From positions 1-52,849 of the forward strand of contig JAEOTB010000032.1 of assembly GCA_016840065.1 (NCBI GenBank): a stretch of DNA of 52,849 nucleotides, in the 5' to 3' direction. Origin of the DNA: Candidatus Hermodarchaeota archaeon (GTDB lineage: Archaea > Asgardarchaeota > Hermodarchaeia > Hermodarchaeales > Hermodarchaeaceae). Below, one piece after another: positions 19,922 through 29,316 of this stretch; within the stretch, counting starts at the first letter, position 1; every line of letters begins with the position of its first letter. A program made the translations under genes and the position numbers. The notes beneath the pieces were generated by a model. It was not told the DNA's origin. It was given only the letters and a program-made list of their open reading frames with translations, and made no database searches.

Positions 19922-20902
19922 ATGACAACTGCAAAAACGAAATGGCGTCCAAAGATTAAGGAAATCGCAGAGCAGAAAGAATACTTCACTAGCGGACAAC
20001 GCCTCTGCGCAGGTTGCCCCGCAGGCACCGTAGCACGGCTAGTCATGCATGCCCTCCCCCGACCTGAGAACACAATAGTCTCCAATGCAACTGGCTGTCT
20101 TGAAGTAGCATCGACAATTTATCCATACACTGCATGGCGTGTTCCCTGGATGCATTCACTCTTCGAAAACGCCCCCGCTAATGCTTCTGGAATTGAAGCG
20201 GCCTATAAGGCCCGAATTCGCCGAGGACTCGAAAAAGAAATGCCCGACCTCCTTGTCTTTAGTGGCGACGGAAGCGGATTCGACATAGGGGTCCAAGCTG
20301 CCAGCGGTGCAATCGAACGCCGCCACAACTTCCTATACGTAATCTATGATAATGGTGCTTACAGTAACACTGGCATCCAGCGATCAGGCGCGACCCCCAT
20401 GTATGCGTGGTCAACAACCAGCGAGGTTGGTAAGGCTGAGCCTGGGAAGCCCGTTTGGCGGAAGCCCATTGCGTTAATCTATGCAGCTCATAACCCAGCT
20501 TTTGTTGCAACAGCGTCAATCTTTCATTGGAACGATTTCATGCAGAAAGTTCGGAAAGGAATGGAGGCTGAAGGACCAGCTGTCATTCATGTTATGGCAC
20601 CATGTCATCGCAGCTGGAGGTACAAAGAGGAGCTTGGAATGGAAATGTCGAAGCTAGCGGTTGAGACCTGCTATCATCCTCTTTGGGAGTATGATGGCGA
20701 GACACGCACATACATGTTATCCTCAGCGTCTAAAGTCATTGAAAAGAAGCCCGAAAGGAAGAAGCCCATTGAAGAATGGCTGGAACCACAAGGTCGATTC
20801 CGCCACCTATTCCGACCCAAGCGGCGAGACAAGCTCCTAAAGGAGTTCCAGAGGCGTACAGACGAAGATTGGGAACACATCCTCAGAATCACGAAACAAT
20901 AA
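19922..20902 (+). CDS. porB: 2-oxoacid:ferredoxin oxidoreductase beta subunit (TPP-binding)
   Basis: CAGC, ATGCLEV, GDG...YDNGAYSNTGIQRS and APC motifs. Confidence 0.95.
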   Translation: MTTAKTKWRPKIKEIAEQKEYFTSGQRLCAGCPAGTVARLVMHALPRPENTIVSNATGCLEVASTIYPYTAWRVPWMHSLFENAPANASGIEAAYKARIRRGLEKEMPDLLVFSGDGSGFDIGVQAASGAIERRHNFLYVIYDNGAYSNTGIQRSGATPMYAWSTTSEVGKAEPGKPVWRKPIALIYAAHNPAFVATASIFHWNDFMQKVRKGMEAEGPAVIHVMAPCHRSWRYKEELGMEMSKLAVETCYHPLWEYDGETRTYMLSSASKVIEKKPERKKPIEEWLEPQGRFRHLFRPKRRDKLLKEFQRRTDEDWEHILRITKQ

Positions 20903-20985
20903 GCTGCTCCCAAGGAATCAAAGAGAAAGGGAGAACCGAACGCTGAACCATTATCCTAGTGGATAGTAACAAATTGTGTGTGCGA

Positions 20986-20993
20986 TTTATAAG
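20986..20993 (+). promoter_or_regulatory. TATA box of tldD-pmbA
   Basis: TTTATAAG ~55 bp upstream of ATG; GAGGTG RBS follows. Confidence 0.55.
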
Positions 20994-21047
20994 GAATGAC
21001 TTCCTTCCGATTCGCTGTTAGGACATTACTGAGGTGTGTTCTAGTTA

Positions 21048-22472
21048 ATGATAGATAAATTACAAACTTGTGTAACCTCTGGTGAGAAGCTAGGTGCCCA
21101 ATTCGTTGAGGCGCGGTTCGACAATCTCACCTTACGAACGCTTAACCGTACAAATGATGTCTGGAAGGATATCATCTTGCGGTCCCGAGCAGGTGTTGGC
21201 ATCACTTGTTATCATGATGGCGTTTCTGGATATTCCTTTACAGCTAGTACCTCTAAAGGAGATTTGGAGGAGGCAGCGAAGCGTGCTTTCAAGATGGCGA
21301 AATCCGCTTCACCTGCAGCCTCGTTAAAATTAGATTTTGATCGACGACCAGCAATTAAAAGCAAAGCCTCTGACACCTTCAGAGTAAAGGTTCACCCCAG
21401 AACCAAAGACCTAGAGTACAAGACTCAGCTAGTGAACCGGGCTATCGAGGCGGCTCGAGGAACCGGAAAAGAAATCCAAACCGTAATCAGCGCATATGGG
21501 GAGTTGTACGGTCAGAAACTCCTCACGAATAGTGATGGAGCAACCCTAGACTGGGAATTCTTAGTAGTTGACTTGTACTGTCGCGTTACCTCCAAGACAG
21601 ACGATGGTAACTTGGTGAATGGTGTTGAGCGTGCAAACGGGACCAAAGGAATGGAACTGTTTAGTACGAAGGGGTCCACACCTGAGGATGTTGGCAGAGC
21701 CGCTGGCGCAAACGCAACAGAACAGCTCAAGGCGAAAGCCTGCCCAGCAGGTGAATTTCGAGCTTTGGTAGAAAACAGGCTAGCTGGAGTGTTAGCACAC
21801 GAATCCTTTGGACACCTGAGTGAGGCAGATTTTATCGTAACAGGTATGTCCCCAATCTCTGGAAAAATCGGCGAACGCCTCGGAACAGAGCACGCCACGA
21901 TCATTGATGGAGGAACCCCTGATATCGCAAAGTATGGTGGCTTGTGGATTCCCTATGATGATCAAGGTACTCCAGCTAGTGAAACAGTAGTTCTCGACAA
22001 AGGAATTCTCAAGCACTACCTACATAATCGAGGAACCGCCAAATACCTAAAATCGAAGCCAACAGGTAACAGCCGAGCAGTGCACTACGCCTTTGTGCCT
22101 ATTCCACGAATGACTAATACCTATTTCAAGGCAGGCGATTTGACTGAAGAAGAAGCACTGGAAAACCTCGGAACAGGCGTCTACGCTATCCAAACCGCAG
22201 GCGGCCAAGTACAAGGCGACGGTAGTTTCTTGTTTAAAGCCATTCGCGGCTACTGGGTTGAAGGCGGCGAAATAAAATACCCGCTCAGAGAGGTCTCCCT
22301 ATCAGGGAATATCCTAGAATTCCTCAATAAAGTCGAAGGGTGTACAAAGGACCTGTTGTTAATGGGCGGCTATTTTGGGGGATGCGGTAAAGAGGGACAA
22401 GCTCCACTGCCCTGTGGGCTAGGTGGTCCCAAGATGGTAGTCGCGGATGTTAGATTTGGAGGAAAAGCATAA
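21048..22472 (+). CDS. tldD: TldD metalloprotease subunit
   Basis: LAHESFGHLSEAD (HExxGH), YDDQG, PRMTNT and GCGK.GQ motifs. Confidence 0.92.
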   Translation: MIDKLQTCVTSGEKLGAQFVEARFDNLTLRTLNRTNDVWKDIILRSRAGVGITCYHDGVSGYSFTASTSKGDLEEAAKRAFKMAKSASPAASLKLDFDRRPAIKSKASDTFRVKVHPRTKDLEYKTQLVNRAIEAARGTGKEIQTVISAYGELYGQKLLTNSDGATLDWEFLVVDLYCRVTSKTDDGNLVNGVERANGTKGMELFSTKGSTPEDVGRAAGANATEQLKAKACPAGEFRALVENRLAGVLAHESFGHLSEADFIVTGMSPISGKIGERLGTEHATIIDGGTPDIAKYGGLWIPYDDQGTPASETVVLDKGILKHYLHNRGTAKYLKSKPTGNSRAVHYAFVPIPRMTNTYFKAGDLTEEEALENLGTGVYAIQTAGGQVQGDGSFLFKAIRGYWVEGGEIKYPLREVSLSGNILEFLNKVEGCTKDLLLMGGYFGGCGKEGQAPLPCGLGGPKMVVADVRFGGKA

Positions 22473-22490
22473 TCCGATACGAGGTGGTTT

Positions 22491-23885
22491 ATGATGGAAT
22501 ATGAAAAACTCAAGGACACTTTACTAGCAGAGGTGGATTCGGGACTCAAGTTTGCCCGTTCACTAGATTCCACTGCAGAAGTAGAAATCTATCTACTCTT
22601 CCGAAACCAATCCAGTATTAAAATAAGTCAAGGAACAGTTGAGGCCAACGATGGAATTGTAGCAGGAACAGCAGTACGGGTAGCAAAAGACCAGTGCGTC
22701 AGTTTCTCTTCTTCAAGTGGAGTCTCAGCTGACCGAATTAAATTAAGCATACAGGAAGCGCTTTCAAGTTTGAAGGCCGTCTCTGTCAAGGATGAACGGT
22801 TTCAAGGGTTCCTAGACCCAATGCGACAGGGACGAGAGGGAGCTTTTTCGGCAGACATCCTGAGTGTGAGCACAGATGATTTGATTCGCGCTTCACAACA
22901 ATTAGCAAAGGACGCTACAAGTGCTGAAGAAAAAATCATGGCACAATCGGAATGTGGAGTTGACTGGGGCGGGTTTGCCATAGGAAATTCCCGAGGCGTT
23001 CAGAAAGCATCAACTTCTGCTTCAAACTATTGTCAAGTATATTCGATGGTTGTCAAAGGTGATGAGCGGAGAGCAGCATATACCTACGATGTTACTAGAG
23101 AACGATTGTTTGACACTAAGGGGTTAGGTGAGCAGGCTACTAAGGAGGCTATTAGCCTTCTCGGCGCAGAGAAGTTGGATATAACAGCAGAGATGCCTAC
23201 TCTTTGGGTTCCCAAAGCAGCCGCCTCCTATGTCTTGTCCAGTCTAGCCCAATCAGCGAACGGTCGAGCAGTTGTAGAAGGACTCTCCCCCATCTCAGAG
23301 CGCGTAGGAGAGAAAATCGCTGATAAGCAGTTCACAATACTTGATGATGGCCAAAATCCAGCGAGCCTTGGAACACAAGCTGTTGACCATGAGGGGCATC
23401 CACAAGGAAAAACACCGATAATCCAGAAAGGTGAACTCAAGAGCTTCTTATTCGATAGCTATTACTCTAGAGCCTTCAAAACAGATTCAACAGGTAATTG
23501 CTCAAGGGGTGGCGGACCATTTGGAGCGACCTTGCCCTTCGAATCATCACCAGGAATCTCCTCGACATCCCTCGAGGTTGCCCCAGGTAGCAAAAGTGAA
23601 GACAAGCTAATCACCTCAATTGATGGAAAAGCCGTAATGATTGTAGATATGCCAGCAGGCATCTTCCATAGTAGTGTAGCTACCGGCGAGTTTTCAGCGG
23701 TAGCAGCCAGTGTCTTCCTTATAGAGAATGGAGAGAAGATAGGTTCGATTAAACCAGTCGCTGTTTCAGGCAGCTTCTACAAAGGTTTCGAGCAGCTCCG
23801 CGAAGTGGGAAGCGACATTGAAAGAACCCCCTGGGGCGTAACAATTCCGAGCCTAGTCTTTGATGGGTTCACAATAGTCGGTTAA
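22491..23885 (+). CDS. pmbA: PmbA/TldE subunit
   Basis: TldD/PmbA fold features (DHEG, STGN, TGEFS) without HExxH; directly follows tldD. Confidence 0.88.
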   Translation: MMEYEKLKDTLLAEVDSGLKFARSLDSTAEVEIYLLFRNQSSIKISQGTVEANDGIVAGTAVRVAKDQCVSFSSSSGVSADRIKLSIQEALSSLKAVSVKDERFQGFLDPMRQGREGAFSADILSVSTDDLIRASQQLAKDATSAEEKIMAQSECGVDWGGFAIGNSRGVQKASTSASNYCQVYSMVVKGDERRAAYTYDVTRERLFDTKGLGEQATKEAISLLGAEKLDITAEMPTLWVPKAAASYVLSSLAQSANGRAVVEGLSPISERVGEKIADKQFTILDDGQNPASLGTQAVDHEGHPQGKTPIIQKGELKSFLFDSYYSRAFKTDSTGNCSRGGGPFGATLPFESSPGISSTSLEVAPGSKSEDKLITSIDGKAVMIVDMPAGIFHSSVATGEFSAVAASVFLIENGEKIGSIKPVAVSGSFYKGFEQLREVGSDIERTPWGVTIPSLVFDGFTIVG

Positions 23886-23986
23886 GTGGACCAGAAGAGA
23901 GTAAACACAGGACGCAGAAACCTGTGGTAAGCGTAAAGCTTTATCGCTAGGTTTTGCTCCATCTCCTTAGCGGAGCAGAATATCTG

Positions 23987-25009
23987 ATGTCAGGTAAATT
24001 GAAGCATCTTGTGACAGAGATTCGCGACTATTGGGGTCTACGTCGTAAGCAACCCATTGGAAAACTTGTGACGATTCTTCGAAAGGAGGGGTTCCAGTGC
24101 CCGCATGTTCTCTCTGGGATTGGAGAGGACGCAGCAGCAATTGATCTTGGTGGCGATAACATCGTTTTACTTACCACCGATGCCATTGTACCTGAGCTAG
24201 CTTCATCAAACCCCTTTGTGGCTGGGTACGCTTCCATTCTTGTGAACGTGAATGACATTTACGCAGCTGGAGGTCGACCCATTGCAGCGATGGTTAATGT
24301 GGCTTTCTCCAAGATGGAGGTTGGTGCTCAGTTCATGCGAGGTATCTGCGAGGCAGGACAGAAGTTCCGCGTGGAAGTAGTTCGAGGTCACACCACACCA
24401 GATGCTACAGCCGATGCGGTGAGTGCCTCGATTTGTGGGGTCGTTCAGCGAAACTCCTACATCAGTGCTGGAGGCGCACAAACAGGGGATAACTTGGTTC
24501 TAGCAGTCGATTTAGAGGGACGGATTTCGCCAAATTACCCTCTAGGTTGGGATACGACAACACAGAAAGATACGGAGAAACTGCTACACCGATATGAAGT
24601 GATGAGGAGATTAGGGCAGCAGAGGCTTCTAAATGCTTCAAAGGATCTCAGTAATGGGGGTATCATCGGCACATCGCTATTGCTCCTTGAGTATGCTAGA
24701 AAGGGTGCCGTTATCGACTTGGCAGCGATTCCCTATCCTCAAGAGATTGAACTCAAGGACTGGCTAAAGATGTATATCTCGACTGGTTTTGTTGTTACAA
24801 CAATACCTAGAAGGACTGAAGCAGTTTTGGCAATGTTTCACGAACACGGATTCGCTGCTACCAGTATAGGTACAATCAATGACGATCAGAAGCTTCGACT
24901 AAAATTCGGGAGCGAAGAGGAGACCGTGTTTGATTTCACACGGGAATCCATCGTAGCTCCACCAAAACCACCCCAAATCCGCAGCCTTGATTCGGAGAGC
25001 CGCCGATAA
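23987..25009 (+). CDS. AIR-synthase (PurM-like) family protein, methanogenesis-marker-2-like
   Basis: RK..I, GEDAAAI, NVNDIYAAGGRP, GHT and KDLSNGG motifs. Confidence 0.8.
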   Translation: MSGKLKHLVTEIRDYWGLRRKQPIGKLVTILRKEGFQCPHVLSGIGEDAAAIDLGGDNIVLLTTDAIVPELASSNPFVAGYASILVNVNDIYAAGGRPIAAMVNVAFSKMEVGAQFMRGICEAGQKFRVEVVRGHTTPDATADAVSASICGVVQRNSYISAGGAQTGDNLVLAVDLEGRISPNYPLGWDTTTQKDTEKLLHRYEVMRRLGQQRLLNASKDLSNGGIIGTSLLLLEYARKGAVIDLAAIPYPQEIELKDWLKMYISTGFVVTTIPRRTEAVLAMFHEHGFAATSIGTINDDQKLRLKFGSEEETVFDFTRESIVAPPKPPQIRSLDSESRR

Positions 25010-25089
25010 TCTTGGTTCTCAACATTGGTTCACGATTCTCTAGGCTTAAAATAGGAGATGTTTCTTAATATGATAGAAAGGTGAACCAA

Positions 25090-25635
25090 ATGGCTGACCG
25101 AGATTACACTTCTGAGGCTTCAACCCTCGCTTCGAATCTAAAGAGTCTAATCAAAGATATTGTGGCTGATCTTCAAGCTAAGGATGAAACCATTGAACAG
25201 TTAAAGATAACAATAGAACAGCATAAAGCCACAATCGAAGAGCTGAAAGGGGCGACATCCAGTGTTGATGAGCTGAGGAGCAAGAATAAGGCTCTCCAAG
25301 AAGACCTTGATGGTATCCGAGAGCAGCTGGAGAAGATGTCTGCCACCTACCGAGAACTTGTATCGGTGGAGGAGGGCATAGAAATTCCCGTTCAGGAGCT
25401 GCTTGCATTGTATCTATCCCTCCTAGAGGAAGTTTTTGGAGCACAACCACACGCGAAAGCGTTGTTCATGTTGCATGGTCAAAAAGCAGAGATGAGTCGA
25501 ACTGATATAGTTAAAGCAGCGGGTCATGAGGCTGCGGCGATACGGAAGGCCCTTGGAGACCTGGCACGGGCTGGCCTTATCGAATACGATGTGGAAAGAG
25601 ATACAGCTCGATTAGTTAAGCGGATATATCGCTAA
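25090..25635 (+). CDS. coiled-coil plus C-terminal winged-helix protein
   Basis: AGGTGA RBS; ~85 aa of heptad repeats, then MSRTDIVKAAG...IRKALGDLARAGLIEYD, a wHTH signature. Confidence 0.7.
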   Translation: MADRDYTSEASTLASNLKSLIKDIVADLQAKDETIEQLKITIEQHKATIEELKGATSSVDELRSKNKALQEDLDGIREQLEKMSATYRELVSVEEGIEIPVQELLALYLSLLEEVFGAQPHAKALFMLHGQKAEMSRTDIVKAAGHEAAAIRKALGDLARAGLIEYDVERDTARLVKRIYR

Positions 25636-25680
25636 CTGGCTTTTCGTTTACGAAGGAAAGACACTACTGCTTAAACTAGG

Positions 25681-26616
25681 ATGTCCGATTCTGAAATGAG
25701 TGAAGCTGTACAAGAGAGATTTCTTAAAGCAGGTCAAATAGCTTATCAAGCCATTGACTACACATGCCAGAGGGTAAAGGCTCACACTTCACTTCTTGAT
25801 ATTGCTGAGACAGGCGAGAGAAAAATCTTCGAGCTTGGAGGCAAACCAGCCTTCCCCATCAACATTTCTGTAAACCACCACGCTGCTCATTACACCCCGA
25901 GCTACGGAGATTCTGCTAAGGTCCCAAAGAAAGCATTGGTAAAGATAGACTTAGGAGTGCATGTTGATGGTTACATAGCTGATACTGCCCGAACAGTAAT
26001 CATTGGTGGAGACGCGGAAATGGAGCGTCTTAGAGAGGCAGCAGAGGCGGGATTAAGAGCTGCCATTGAAACAATACGTTCTAGGATTCGTGTTTGGGAA
26101 GTTTCAAAGGAGATACACAAGGCAATTAGTGGCTTCGGTGTGCGACCCATTGAGAACCTTACTGGACACACAATTGAACGATTCAATCTTCATGCAGGAA
26201 TATCAGTTCCTGCGATAGCACCTACCTCAGAGCGTGTTCTTTCACCAAGACTAAAGGAGGATATGGTAATAGCTATCGAACCTTTCACCACCTATAGCCC
26301 TACTCCGCGAATATCTAATATTGGAGAAGCTCAAATTTTCGGATTTGCTCAACATAAGAATCCTAAGGATCCGAATCTACGTCATCTTTATAGTCAAATG
26401 AAGCTTAGTTTTGCCCAGCTTCCTTTTGCTGCACGTTGGCTGTCAGAGTTTGTTCCACCAGAAGAAATCAATAGCACCCTTTCATCTCTCATGGGAGAAC
26501 GATGCATACATGGCTATGCAGTTCTTGGATTGCACGACAGACACTTTGTAGCTCAAGCTGAACATACGGTCATTGTCACAAAGGATGGCTGTATAGTTAC
26601 CACTGTGAATCAATAA
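25681..26616 (+). CDS. map: methionine aminopeptidase type II
   Basis: AFP.N.S.N..AAHY, KIDLGVHVDGYIAD, NLTGH, AIEPF and AQAEHT; type II insert present. Confidence 0.95.
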   Translation: MSDSEMSEAVQERFLKAGQIAYQAIDYTCQRVKAHTSLLDIAETGERKIFELGGKPAFPINISVNHHAAHYTPSYGDSAKVPKKALVKIDLGVHVDGYIADTARTVIIGGDAEMERLREAAEAGLRAAIETIRSRIRVWEVSKEIHKAISGFGVRPIENLTGHTIERFNLHAGISVPAIAPTSERVLSPRLKEDMVIAIEPFTTYSPTPRISNIGEAQIFGFAQHKNPKDPNLRHLYSQMKLSFAQLPFAARWLSEFVPPEEINSTLSSLMGERCIHGYAVLGLHDRHFVAQAEHTVIVTKDGCIVTTVNQ

Positions 26617-26630
26617 TCGGATGGAGCGAA

Positions 26631-27965
26631 ATGGAACATATCGATCTACTTCGAGACATTATTGCAATTGACACTGTAAATGACCGCATACAAGGGCATC
26701 ACCCTTCACGCGAGTGCCCAGAGTATCTACAAAATCATCTCAATGAATCAGGTCTTGTTACAGAGATTATCGAACAGAATGGCTACTTCTCTGTACTTGG
26801 GATTCTTGGGAAAACGCGCCCTATCACATGCTTCATCGCTCATTTCGATGTTGTACCAACAGGTCCAGGATGGAAAAGCAATCCATTTGAATTGACCATC
26901 AAGAACGGATTGGGATATGGTCGAGGAACAGCGGATGATAAAGGGAATGTAGTAGCGCTCCTACTTACAGTCAAAACCCTTGCTGCTCAACCACCCCCAG
27001 GAACCGTTGTGTTTGCAATGACAGGCGACGAGGAGCTTGGTGGCAACAACGGAGCAGTATCCATAAGGCACCAGCTTGAGCAGATAGGCAGTTTCCCCGA
27101 CTACCTCGTGACTGCTGATGGTTTGGATATGAAGCTCATCACCCGACGACGAAACACCTGCGGGTTTACAATCACATTACCCAAAGAGCCCAAACAAATT
27201 CAGGGGAGGCTTGTGAAACACCGCTTCACCACAGAGTTTCTCGGTCGAGAAACAAGACATTCGGCGTACTTCCACCCAGGAGTGGATTGCCATGCTCTGC
27301 TTGCAGCCTCTAGCTTTCTCCGACTGCATCCTCAACTTCAAGTCGTAAAGGTTGATGGAGGTTTTCTGAAAAGCAACGTTGTTCCCGACTGGGTGGAACT
27401 ATACTGCGTCGACTCCCAAGAGCAGACCTCATTACCAAAAGAGGTCGATTACGATGAGAACTTGACACGTTTGTTAAGTGCGCTTCTTCCCCTGTCACGT
27501 GTTCACTTCCCTGCCCACACCAGCGACTATGGGATCACGTTGTGCCCGAACCTACTACATAGCAAAGCAGATACTTGGGAGGTATATTTCGACGGTCGAG
27601 CGATGACCACCGACACCAAGTCCGAAGAAGCTGCCCTTCGTATGGTTCTAGATGAGCAGCTAGTTGGTATTGACTACAAGTTGACTGTTCATATGGGAAA
27701 GGCGTTCATGAATACTCCCTCTTCAGCACACATTGTGAAGACTGCACAAGATATCGCTAGCGCAATGAAGCTTGATAGCACCCCTGTCGAGATGGGTGGA
27801 GCATCTGATAACCGGCATTTTACTGACCGCCCTGTTGAGGCAATCGACTTTGGGCCCATTGGAGATAATATTCATGGTCCAAATGAGTATGTCCTTTTGG
27901 AAAGTATCCCAACTGTAGCTACCTTTTACACCCGCCTCGTTAGGGCTTTGCATGGTCAGTCTTGA
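26631..27965 (+). CDS. M20 family metallopeptidase/deacylase
   Basis: HFDVVP, GRGTADDKG, DEE, GGASD and HGPNE motifs. Confidence 0.9.
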   Translation: MEHIDLLRDIIAIDTVNDRIQGHHPSRECPEYLQNHLNESGLVTEIIEQNGYFSVLGILGKTRPITCFIAHFDVVPTGPGWKSNPFELTIKNGLGYGRGTADDKGNVVALLLTVKTLAAQPPPGTVVFAMTGDEELGGNNGAVSIRHQLEQIGSFPDYLVTADGLDMKLITRRRNTCGFTITLPKEPKQIQGRLVKHRFTTEFLGRETRHSAYFHPGVDCHALLAASSFLRLHPQLQVVKVDGGFLKSNVVPDWVELYCVDSQEQTSLPKEVDYDENLTRLLSALLPLSRVHFPAHTSDYGITLCPNLLHSKADTWEVYFDGRAMTTDTKSEEAALRMVLDEQLVGIDYKLTVHMGKAFMNTPSSAHIVKTAQDIASAMKLDSTPVEMGGASDNRHFTDRPVEAIDFGPIGDNIHGPNEYVLLESIPTVATFYTRLVRALHGQS

Positions 27966-29220
27966 CACTAAGTGCTTTCACAAACCAAGGAATGTTTGTA
28001 CGCTTAGGAAGTGTTTCGCTTACAGCGATATATCCTGTGGAGGTTATGATGCGGATTACGACAATCGTGAGCATCATCATTATCAACACGACTTTCTTAT
28101 CCCAATACAGCACAAGCCAGTCGAGAACAAGCCCAGCAATCATTGCGCCGACAAAGCTTGTTACACCTGTCACTAGATTGAAGAGAGCTGTAACACTGGC
28201 GCGGTCTTTCACAGGCGAAGAGTCCAATAACCAAGCTGTCGAAGAAACGATGAATAGCCCCGTGAGACCGCCCCCAAACACTTGGCTTGGAACTAGGAGC
28301 CAGACATTATTGGTGATAGCAGTAAAAGCATGTGATAGAGGAGCGAGAAATATGAAGAATCGACTGATGAAGAGGATTCCTTTACGCCCATGGCGGTCAA
28401 TAAGTACACCCCCAAGTATCTGTGTTACGCCAGAACAGAGACTGAAGAGTGCAGTCAGAAGCAGTACTTGAAATACATTCGCATAGAGATTTGTAATCTT
28501 CGGGAAGAGTGGCCAAGCGGCACCCATCGCGCAGAAAAATATCGCATTAATCAAGAGAAACGGGAGGAATCGTGGTGTACCTCTGACGGATGCGCGAAAA
28601 TTGAAGAGACTGCGTTTTGTACGTTGCATCGTTTCGCTAACGCACAGAACGCAGAACAAAGCGATTACTGTGATTACTGCTGAAGTGTAGAGGGGGATGT
28701 AGTATTGGCTTGCACCAGATAAACCAAGAGAGACGGTATAATATCCTACCAGGAAAAGAGCTACAGCAGAAGCAACAGTTCCTATCGCAGTGATTATACC
28801 GATAAATCTGCCCCTCTTTTCCAGACGCGTGATATCACCCAGTAGGCCATTCCAGGCGGGAATAGCGGCACTACCTACTACTGTTGGGACGAGAAGAAGG
28901 AGAATTAGTTCAAATGCTGTCGTGGCGAGAGGCATTAATGCAGCGGTCATCCCCACAGCGAGCAATCCGATGAATAGAAATGGGCGCCGACCATAGCGAT
29001 CAGACAGACTTCCCCAAACGCCTTGAAGCGATGCGTTTCCGAGAGTTCTAGTACCAGTCACCAATGATTGTTCAACACCGGTGGCTCCAAGAGTGTCAGC
29101 TAGAACCCCAGTACAAGACCAAACCAAGTTCGCGCCTACCTGCCAACTCGACCAGAGTGCCGCCAGTCGAACCTTCTGTTGATTGGAGGGTTCTATTGTT
29201 TCAGGCTGGTCGTCTTCCAT
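27940..29220 (-). CDS. MFS transporter
   Basis: ~12 TM segments; motif A twice (GSLSDRYGRR, GVLIDRHGRK). Confidence 0.92.
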   Translation of the reverse strand: MEDDQPETIEPSNQQKVRLAALWSSWQVGANLVWSCTGVLADTLGATGVEQSLVTGTRTLGNASLQGVWGSLSDRYGRRPFLFIGLLAVGMTAALMPLATTAFELILLLLVPTVVGSAAIPAWNGLLGDITRLEKRGRFIGIITAIGTVASAVALFLVGYYTVSLGLSGASQYYIPLYTSAVITVIALFCVLCVSETMQRTKRSLFNFRASVRGTPRFLPFLLINAIFFCAMGAAWPLFPKITNLYANVFQVLLLTALFSLCSGVTQILGGVLIDRHGRKGILFISRFFIFLAPLSHAFTAITNNVWLLVPSQVFGGGLTGLFIVSSTAWLLDSSPVKDRASVTALFNLVTGVTSFVGAMIAGLVLDWLVLYWDKKVVLIMMMLTIVVIRIITSTGYIAVSETLPKRTNIPWFVKALSVKTDHAKP

Positions 29221-29316
29221 TGGATTTACCACCTCTACTGAAGGGCATGCTAACGCGTAAAGTAGAAAAGCCTTCGTATGGAGTTACAAATACTTCTAAC
29301 TGGAGGTTGTGTTGAA

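Noticed and set aside
23987-25009. Selenophosphate synthetase or selenoprotein interpretation
   Set aside because: No N-terminal (C/U)-x-x-K SelD motif, and no in-frame UGA readthrough candidate.
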